Source: Eledone cirrhosa
Taxonomy: Eukaryota
Assembly (NCBI GenBank): GCA_964016885.1
Contig: OZ024743.1
Span: forward strand, 88,970,001-89,034,000
Length of the DNA stretch: 64,000 nt
Reading direction: 5' to 3'
Positions 53,843 through 64,000 of this stretch are shown piece by piece (the stretch's first letter is position 1; the number at the start of each line of letters is the position of its first letter). A model generated the notes under the pieces. The model was not told the origin of the DNA. It searched no databases and saw only the letters and a list, made by a program, of their open reading frames with translations. The position numbers and the translations under genes are program-made.

Positions 53843-55654
53843 TGTTTAAATATACAAACACACATGATGTATTATGGTTAATTCTTATTTGATTGCCATG
53901 CCTACCACTTCTTAAAGGAACTATGGTTGTGGGGCTACATACATTTGTGACACGGGCTTACTGGCATTACTATACAGCATCAACAACACAACTGACCACC
54001 ACCGCCACCATCACTACCACATACTTTCCTCTCTGTGTTGTATTTCTTTGATGACACTAAATTCTTCTAAATAACTACTACTACTACTTGATGGCCTACT
54101 TGTATATTATATTATTGTATATCTTACATAAAATTATTTAAAAGCTCTGAGGACAACATGTATATTATTTCATATCTTGCATATACAAATTTGAAAAGGT
54201 TGTAGGTTCACAAAGAACACCTCAATACTTACTTTGGGGCTGGGGCCCATCTATTGCATACTTCTGTAAATATATAATTTTATACATCTAAAAATGAGAA
54301 AACTCATCGCTAGAACAGCCTTTAAAACAGCTAAATGCTGTCAAAGACAGCAATGGGCAAAAATGCCTCAGAGGACAGAGGCCAGTGGTCAACAGAGAGA
54401 CAATTCACGACGTGGCTGACAGGCAGATGAAATATAGAAAAGAATGAGTGAGGAGGAGGACAGAGAGAAGTAACTGGAAGAAGGAAAGAAAGGCGATGTA
54501 CAAGACAAGTTTATACACACATACATCTTCACCGTCATCAGCTCTCAAACCAGCAAAATGGTTTCGCACGATTTAATTGAGAGTACCATTTTAAAAATGT
54601 TGGATTGTGCAACTGAAAAATAAATATTTCTGCTGGTATGATGTGTGTGTGGTAAAACAAGCAGCACATCTTTTCTATATTTCATGTGTGTGTGATAAAA
54701 CAAACAGAACAACTTGGAGAAAAGAAAGCAAAAAAAATAATGGGATAGTGGACCTGAAGCCGTGGTGTCTGTCCTAAATAGAAAGCTAATCATAGCTATG
54801 ATAAAGTTAAATGAAAAAGACATGGTTTAGTGGAACAGGGGTTGATGTACCAACACCTAAAATGTGTGTGTCTTAACGTGTGTATTAACATGTATGTGTA
54901 TGTCTATACATGTATGTGTATGTCTATACATGTATTTGAGTTTGTACATGTTTATGTAAGTCTATATATGTGTTTGTGTGTCTATGTATGTGTGTGTGTG
55001 TGTGTCTATACATATGTGCATATATGTATGTATCTATACACGTGCATATATGTGTGTGTCTATGATTATGTGCATATATGTGTATGTCTGTTATTGTATG
55101 TGAGTCTGTACATGTGTATGTGAGTCTATATATACATGCGTGTGTATGTGTTTGTGTCTTAGGTATATATGTGTCCGTATATATGTGTGTGTGTGTGTGT
55201 GAGTCTAGATGTGTGTCTACATTATTTGTGGGTGTGGATGTGTCAGAGGGGTACATATTTAACTGATATAAACAACCCCCTACACATACACATTGTATCT
55301 AATATGGCTTCAATTATGCCAATGGAGCCTAATATATGTGTCTGTGTGTCTAGCTGTCTGTGTGTGTGTATGGGTGTATGTAGGGATGTCATATATATAT
55401 AAATGAGTATATTTATGTGTGTATATAGGTGTGTGTATGTATATAAGTGTATGAATGTATGTATTTATATGCTTGTGTGTGTATATATATATGTGTGTGT
55501 GTATGTATATATGTATCTGTATGTGTGGAAAAGTGACAGATGTTGTAACTTAGGTTTCATTGCACTACTACAATAGTTACAATATATTATCACATGTTGT
55601 AGTGAATCACTAAATTTGGGAAGATTTACACACCTACCCACCACGTCTAATTTA

Positions 55655-55900
55655 GATCCAAATCCAGATCAGATCTGGTCCAGTCCTGTTTGATATGGTC
55701 AAGTTCTGTCTGATCCAGTCCAGTCTGGTCTGGTCTGATCTGGTCGATCTGATCCAGTCCAGTCCAGTCTGGTCCAGTCCTGTCCGATTTGGTCCAGTTT
55801 AATCTGTCCAGTCCACTCCAATCTGGTCCAGTCTGATCTGTTCCGGTCTAATCTGGTCCAGTCTGATCTGTTCCGGTCTAATCTGGTCCAGTCTGATCCT
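55655..55900. repeat. Degenerate 5-bp-period repeat (TCCAG/TCTGG/TCTGA)
   Basis: Pentamer periodicity; includes a 30-bp duplicated unit. Confidence 0.85.
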
Positions 55901-56087
55901 ATCTGTAAAGCATATTGCCAGGCTGTCAATTTTGTAGCTAATAGGTATTTTTTCTGAGATCAGATCTTGTGGACGTATACTTTGCTTTTCGTCCTTTCAG
56001 GATCGATAAATAAAGTGCCAGTCCTTTGTTCGTGCAGCCCTTCTTTCAGCTGCCCCTTCTTGGATCTTGGATGTTCCACTGGGTTAA

Positions 56088-56307
56088 CCCTTTAGCATTT
56101 AATTACTCTATATTTACTACTCTATTTTCACAGTAAAGGCTTTATCTCACATAATATTGAATCTGTGAGATTTTGATGATGTTATTCATTTTGCAAACAA
56201 TACCTTAACATCAGTATGAGTGGCCATTTACAGACGGTTACGACCAGTTTGAACAGAAAGAGGTGAGAGAATTCTGGCCGGATACTGCCGGTTTAAATGC
56301 TAAAGGG
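56088..56307. mobile_element. piggyBac-like MITE, intact ends
   Basis: 15-bp perfect TIR CCCTTTAGCATTTAA; TTAA on both sides (56084-56087 and 56308-56311). Confidence 0.92.
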
Positions 56308-57182
56308 TTAAAGGAGTGAGTATCCGGAGGGTGACTGCCTCTACTTGTGACTGCACAGGCACCTAAAACCTTTAGAGAAAGCATGGTACATCCTACCAAG
56401 TTATAATTGATTACAAATGATGGCTGTAGTTTTGTTTTTATCATAATGTTCATCTCAACCTCTTTAGAAAGTGTTTGTTTAACTCTTTTGCTACCAACCC
56501 GGCCAAAACCAGCTCTGGTTCTATGAAATAAAACCACCCATTTTAAAGGTTTCCAATTTAAATTAAAATCTTCCAACATAATTTTGTATTAAGTTACTAT
56601 CTCAGTAATGAAATAATTAATAATTTTAGAAAAATCCTTCATTAATTAATTAAAATAGAGTATGTTTCATTAGAAATATCATCATGAAAGTGTTAAAATA
56701 TATTTCCCACAATCAAACTGTAACACTGTGAAGTTTTATTTACAACAAACTGTGTGTCATCTTTATTGCATATGTTTCATTTGAACAGCATCAGTAAATG
56801 CACCAACAACTCTACCTTAGATGCACCAACTCTACTTTAGACGCACCAATACCTGCACCTTAGTTGCACCAACAACTACCAATTATTTTCTACAACAAAC
56901 TATTATTACATTGCGTGTGTGTGCTACGTTTATTGCATATGTTGCACCTCAACTACAGGAACAACTGCATCTCAACTGCACCAACAACTGAATCTCAACT
57001 ACACTGACAACTACATCAACTGCCAATTATTATCTACAACAAACTGTTAGTGCGCTAAATTAGTGTGACATCTTTATTGCATATGTTGCACATCAACTAC
57101 AACAGCTGCACTTGGATAATATTTCATAAATCTGGCAGATACAATGTAAAGGTAGAACACAAAAGGTTGCATCAGTTCTTTA

Positions 57183-57802
57183 GTTGTTGGTGTGGTGGTG
57201 GTGGTGGTGTTGGTGCGGTGTTGTTGGTGTGGTGTTGGTGTGGTGTTGTTGGTGTGGTGGTGGTGTTGGTGTGGTGTTGTTGGTGTGGTGGTGGTGTTGG
57301 TGGAGTGGTGATGGTGTTGTTGTGGTGTTGGTGGTGTGGTGGTGTTGGTGGTGGTGTTGCTGTGGTGGTGGTGGTGGTGTTGGTGCGGTGTTGTTGGTGT
57401 GGTGTTGTTGTTGGTGTGGTGTTGTTGGTATGGTGGTGGTGTTGGTGGAGTGGTGGTGGTGTTGTGGTGTTGGTGGTGTGGTGATGTTGGTGTTGTTGTG
57501 GCGTTGGTGGTGGTGTTGGTATGGTGGTGGTGGTGTTGTGGTGGTGTTGGTGGTTGTGTTGGTGTGTTTGTAGTGTTGTTGTGGTGTTGGTGTTAGTGTT
57601 GTGGTGTTGGTGGTATTGGTGTTGGTGTTGAGGTGGTGGTGTTGGTGTGGTAGTGGTGGTGGTGTTGGTGTGGTAGTGGTGGTGGTGGTGTTGGTGGTGG
57701 TGTGGTAGTGTTGTTGGTATGGTGGTGGTGGTGTTGGTGTGGTGGTGATGTTGCCGTGGTGTTGGCGTGTTGGTGTTGTTGGTGTGGTGGTGCAGTAGTT
57801 GG
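57183..57802. repeat. (TGG/TGT/TTG)n degenerate repeat
   Basis: Direct reading. Confidence 0.95.
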
Positions 57803-57867
57803 TATGTGTGTATCTTTGTGTGAACATGTGTATGGGTACATTTAGAATAGGGTTGAGTGAGTTATGA

Positions 57868-58468
<601 letters not shown>

Positions 58469-58772
58469 TCCCCTCCCCCCATATATGGCTGGATGCTTTC
58501 CCAGTTTGATGGATCTATAACAAGAGTTAATCTTGGTTCTTTTATAAATAACAATCTGGGTTTTGTCTGAAAATAATCATTCTTGTTATTGTATGTTTTA
58601 TTGTGTTTCAGTTGTTTTTTCACAATATAATATCATTTTTAATCTTGTCAGCAATCCTGATGTTGTCCTTTTAGTTAATTCTATTTTATACACTCACACA
58701 CATGTAAATATATATATATATATATGTGTGTGTGTGTTTATATATATAATATACATAAATGTATAAATATAT

Positions 58773-59313
58773 ATAGATAGACGGTAGTCACGGAATAGGC
58801 AGACCTAGAAAAACCTGGGACGAGCTGATAAACTCCGACATCACACACTTACACCTCTCCAAGACAATGTCACTGGACCGAGACCTTTGGCGGTACTCAG
58901 TAACAGAGAAGACCCGCCTTACCTAAATATATAGTAAAACCTACTCCAGCCAGTAGGCATCTCTAACAAAATACACCCCGTCCCACCACCACCCCCACCC
59001 CATCCATACCACCCCGTTCTATGTAAAGTTATGTTGGTGCCGCGCCATCGAGGCCGAAACAAATGAGATCGTGTAGGTGTCACGACAAAAAAACACACAG
59101 TCCACGCTGTAATGTGGCCGTGTAGGCAACACGGTAAAAACCTCCCAGACCCACACTGTAAATGTGGTTGGTGTTAGGAAGGGCATCCAACTGTAGAAAA
59201 CCTGCCAGACAGTCCTATGCGAGCAAGACAATCACTCTTGCTTCAAGTGGGACTACCCCCGTCCAAACCCATGCAAGCGTGGAACACGGACGTTAAACGT
59301 TGATGATGATGAT
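58773..59313 (+). mobile_element. RTE-type LINE, short 3' copy
   Basis: Homologous to 33488-34029. Confidence 0.95.
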
Positions 59314-59526
59314 ATACATATATATATATATATATATATATGAATGTATAGCTTATCTTTTCCCATTATCTCATCCACTTTTCTAAAAAATAAATCATAC
59401 ACAAAACGCCAGCACCAACTGTTTTCCAAGAGATGTCAACATGAATGGACCTGTCATTTTTATCTAAAGACATTTTTTCCAATTCCAACCCACCCGTCCC
59501 CTCAATCTATTTTATTTCTCATTCTT

Positions 59527-59562
59527 TCTTCTGACGAAGGACTAGCGTCCGAAACGTTAAGA
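59527..59562 (+). ncRNA. Minimal type-I hammerhead ribozyme (Penelope-LTR type)
   Basis: TCTT-CTGACGA-A-GGAC-TAGC-GTCC-GAAAC-GTT-AAGA: intact core, stem I TCTT/AAGA, stem II GGAC/GTCC, palindromic AACGTT stem III. Confidence 0.85.
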
Positions 59563-59669
59563 CCTTCTTCCTGCTATTTCAAGCGTTAACCTAATATATT
59601 CCTTCCAGATACTGTACCGATTGCGTTGTTATTTCTGTTTATCTTTTACACACACACACACACATATAT

Positions 59670-62542
59670 ATCTATCTGTAACACTAACTTCAAAAAACGA
59701 GACAATCACCTGATCACCTATAGATCGGGGGAACACACAAGCCAGGTAGATTATATCCTTACCAGAAGACGTGACAGAGTGTTTGTTGTAAACACTAAAT
59801 CCCTCCCCCATGAAGAATGCACCTCCCAACATAGACTGATAATTAGCGACCTAATAGTCAGGACGAGACGTACTAGACAGCAGAAGAGGACTATCCCCAG
59901 GAGAAAAATATGGAAGCTAAAGGACCCCACAGCCAGAAATAAATTTAAAAGCATATTACTTGATGCTTTCGACAGTAAGGAAGAGCAATTAGAGTTGTAC
60001 AATATAGAGGAACAGTGGGAATTCCTGAAAGCAAACCTGCTGATGGCGGCAGACAAAGTCTGTGGCTGGAGCAGGCCTGTAGGCAGGAGGAGAGTAACAT
60101 GGTGGTGGAACAGTAAGGTGGAGGGGTCAATTAAGGCCAAAAAGCAGGCTTGGAAAGTATGGCGGGATGGGGGAAGTAGAGAAGACTATCAAGTGGCCAG
60201 GAGGGAAGCTAGGAGACAAGTGTACTTCGCAAGAAGGGAAGCAGAGGAAAGAAAGTTCAAGCATGTTCTACAACGCGAGGACCAAAAACGTGAGGTGTTC
60301 AGGATTGCTAGGCAATATGTCAAGGAAAACCGTGATATTGTTGGGGAGAAGTGTGTACTTAATGATGATGGCGTACTTGCCATCACTGACGCTGATAAGA
60401 AGGTAGCTTGGAAGTGTCACTACGAAAGGCTACTAAATGAGGAGAATAAATGGGAGAAAGAGAGTCTCCCCCACATCGACCCAATAGAGGGACCAGCAGT
60501 GTTAGTCAAAGGTAGTATAATAAGTAAGGCAATCAAAGATATGAAGACAGGTAAGGCGGCTGGGCCTTTGGAAATAGTTGCTGAGATGCTGAAAGCCTCT
60601 GGAACGGTGGGACACACCATGGTCACCCGGATAGTAAACCAAGTCATACAGAATGGGGTTGTTCCGAAGGACTGGCGTAGCAGCATCATCATTAACTGTT
60701 ACAAGGGTAAAGGAGATGCCCTAGATAGGAGTAACTTTAGAGGCATTAAATTAATCGACCAGGTCATGAAGGTCACGGAAAAAGTAATAGCGCAACTAAT
60801 CAGAGAGAGAATTGATCTAGATGAAATGCAGATCGGGTTTGTGTGAGGCAAAAGTACCACAGACGCTCTTTTCATTGTATGACAACTACAGGAGAAGTAC
60901 CTAGCTAAAAGTAAACCCCTATACTTAGCTTTTGTCGACTTGGAGAAAGCCTTCGATAGAGTCCCCCGTTCCATTATCTGGTGGGCTCTTAGAAAACTAG
61001 GTGTTGACGAATGGCTTGTGAGAGCTATACAAGCCATGTATAAAGAAAGAGTCAGCAAGGTTAGAATTAACAACGAATATAGTGAAGAGTTTAGCATAAA
61101 AGTTGGTATTCATCAGGGCTCTGTTCTTAGCCCCCTACTATTTATAATTGCCCTTCAGGCTATAACAGTGGAGTTCAAGACCGGCTGCCCATGGGAACTC
61201 CTATACGCAGATGATCTAACGCTCATAGCTGAATCAATGGCCGAGCTAGAGAAGAAATTCCAAACATGGAAGCACGGCCTAGAATCAAAAGGCCTTAAAA
61301 TTAACCTGGCTAAGACTAAAGTTCTAGTTTGTAGGAAAGAAAATAAGGCGCCGGTCCCTTCCGGGAAATGGCCATGCTCAGTGTGTAGGAAAGGCGTAGG
61401 TAGAAACTCCATTTTATGTCCCAAATGCAAAGTATGGGTGCATAAAAGATGTAGTGGGATCACAGGTAAGCTAACTAAGAACATAGATTTTACATGTGAC
61501 CGGTGCTCTGGTGCAATAAGTAGCAGCAAGTGCACACAAAATACTAGCTCTTTCAATTGCGCAGAGGGTTCTATAGAAATAGTGGACAGCTTCCGTTACC
61601 TGGGTGACAAAATCAGCAGTGGGGGAGGGTGCGCTGAAAGTACAGTAGCTAGAGTCAGAAATGGATGGAAAAAGTTCAGAGAGCTTATACCACTATTAGC
61701 CGCTAAAGGGTTCTCCCTAAAAATGAAAGGCAGGCTGTATGATGCCTGCATAGGAACAGCAATGTTGCATGGCAGTGAGACCTGGGCATTGTGTGCAGAG
61801 GATATACGCAGACTAGAGAGGAACGAAGCTTGCATGCATGTGTAATAGTAATATACGTGAACAGCAAAGCATAAACGAACTAAGGGAGAATTAGGAATAA
61901 GAGGGATCAGATGTTGTTTACTTGAGAGTAGACTACGTTGGTATGGTCATGTGATGCGCATGAAAGACGACAGCTGTATAAAAAAGTGCAGGGCAATAAA
62001 GATAGACGGTAGCCACGGAGTAGGCAGACCCAGAAAAACCTGGGACGACTTGATAAATTCCGACCTCACACACTTACACCTCTCCAAGACAATGTCACTG
62101 GATTGAGATCTTTGGCGGTACTCAGTAATAGAGAAGACCCGCCTTACCTAAATACAAAGCGAAACCTACTACAGTCAGTAGGCATCTCTAACAAAATACA
62201 CCCCCGTCCCACCACCCCCACCCCATCCACACCGCCCCTTTCAATGTAAAGTTATGTTGGTGCCACAACATCCAGGCCGAAACAAATGAGGTCGTGTAGG
62301 TGTCACGACAAAAAAACACACAGTCCACGCTGTAATGTGGCCGTGTAGGCAACACGGTAAAAACCTCCCAGCCCCACACTGTAAATGTGGTTGGTGTTAG
62401 GAAGGGCATCCAACTGTAGAAAACCCGCCAGACAGTCCTATGCGAGCAGGACAACCACTCTTGCCTCAAGTGGGAAAACTCCCGTCTAAACCCATGCAAG
62501 CGTGGAACATGGACGTTAAACGATGATGATGATGATGATGAT
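59670..62542 (+). mobile_element. RTE-type LINE, 5'-truncated within the APE endonuclease; disabled
   Basis: NTNFKK..HLITYRSG..SQVDYIL, SQHRL, WWWN, RT motifs; TGA at 60844 and ~60880, small deletion near 61838; highly similar to the 32267 copy (offset 28520). Confidence 0.97.
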
Positions 62543-62563
62543 ATATATATATATATATGTAAT

Positions 62564-62613
62564 GAAAATAACAAGTTACGGGTGAAAGGGGGTAATATCC
62601 ATCATCAGTTGTC
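62564..62613 (-). ncRNA. Degenerate hammerhead-like motif
   Basis: GACAA-CTGATGA-TGGAT...ACCC-GTAAC-TT-GTTA-TTTTC; GAAA mutated, stems imperfect. Confidence 0.4.
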
Positions 62614-63164
62614 TGCTAGGCATCATAGATATTTCTTCGTGTTAGAGACAAGATATCTCAACCTAGTGTGATCAATAACTAAAATAAGTTATTGGGATAA
62701 AAAAGGAGGGGAGGGAGAGAGAAAAAACCATAAACAGACACGAAAAGAGAGGAAAAATATCAAGTCAACAAACTTTTTTTGGACATAAATCCTGGCAAGT
62801 GTGAGAAGAGAACAGACATGTCTTGACTGTAGCAGTGTGAGTGAGAAAAGACACTGCTTGCAGTGGCGGACGAGGGAGGAATTGAGCTAGCGGAGAGAGG
62901 GGGACTAGCAGAGAGGGAGGGAGTGAGTGAAAGTAAGAGGAAGCGAGAAAGAGATAGTTATAGTGGCAGGCTAGCAGAGAGAAGGTGACTAGCAGAGGGT
63001 CTGAGCGAAAGTAAGAGGGAGAAAGAGAGAGAAGGGGGGGGGGATGATAGCAACAAGGGAAGAGAAAAGACGGGTCACAGCGGATATTAAAAATTATATG
63101 AATAAAATGGCGGGCTGTGTGGTTGCAATTAAGTATAATGAAAAAAAAAATATATATATATATA

Positions 63165-63502
63165 GAGGCACATGGCTTAGTGGTTAGAGCATTGGCCTTG
63201 CAATCGAAAGGTTGTGAGTTCAATTCTCAGACTGGGTGATGTGTTGTTTCCTTGAGCAAGACACTTTATTTCACATTGCTCCAGTTTACTCAGCTGTAGA
63301 AATGAGATGATAGGGACTGGGGTCCATATCATACCACTGCAAAGTGGTTGTGGAGGTGCCACGGCAAAAAAGCACCCAGCACTCACTGTAAATGAGGTTG
63401 GTGTTAGGAAGGGCATCCAGCTGTAGAAATCAAGCCACCATCAGTTCCCGTCCCACCCTTGCAAGCAAGGAAAAAGCGGACGTAAAATGAAATGATGATG
63501 AT
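63165..63502 (+). mobile_element. tRNA-derived SINE, family 2, with RTE-derived tail
   Basis: Closely similar to 24912-25250. Confidence 0.92.
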
Positions 63503-63554
63503 ATATATATATATATTAATTAAAATAACAGATTAAAGTTTAAGCAAAGAATTG

Positions 63555-63621
<67 letters not shown>

Positions 63622-64000
63622 ATACTTGGGGAGGGTCATATTTGTGTAATAATATTGCCAGAATTGAGAACAGAACACACTCACTGTTTGGTTGGTTTTC
63701 GCTTCTGTGTCTTTTATATCGGTTAATTTAATTTATTCGGTCCTCAATGTTACCATTGACTGACCAACAGTCAAAAATACAGATACAATATAGACACAAA
63801 CACATATATATATAGTCTAACAAAGTTCTTTCATTGCACTTCTGCAACATTGTCAGTGGTGCTATTATGTTTCCTCCCATTGTATTGTATGCCTACGCCA
63901 TCTTTATTTATATATATATATACATATATATGTGTGAATGTATATATTCATTAGTTAAGCAAAACAAGACCACAAATTTCACAAGGAAGACATTATTAAA

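Noticed and set aside
62810-62875. Hairpin AGCAGTGT/ACACTGCT next to ACATGTC as another hammerhead
   Set aside because: Neither core element is recognisable

Overview
AT-rich, microsatellite-dense eukaryotic DNA. The SINE/LINE content suggests a cephalopod (octopus-like) genome; this is an inference. The window is dominated by repeats. Tandem arrays: a 22-bp satellite (1-7320), 73-bp and 52-bp minisatellites, and an ~11-kb 27-bp satellite that produces the giant repeat ORFs. Retroelements: a stack of five co-oriented, 5'-truncated Tx1/L1-clade LINEs in (GATA)n plus a sixth copy, two young RTE-type LINEs with a PHD finger inside the RT, CR1/RTE/CRE relics, and two tRNA-SINE families. DNA elements: two Helitrons and piggyBac/mariner/pogo MITEs. 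Only two small host exons are supportable (20597-20623 and 20777-20837, + strand). Highlights: (i) six minimal type-I hammerhead-ribozyme motifs of Penelope/retrozyme type, one intact and one that reassembles once an inserted SINE is removed; (ii) an apparently (TATC)n-targeting Tx1 family that builds tandem stacks. All coordinates and pairings were read by eye.
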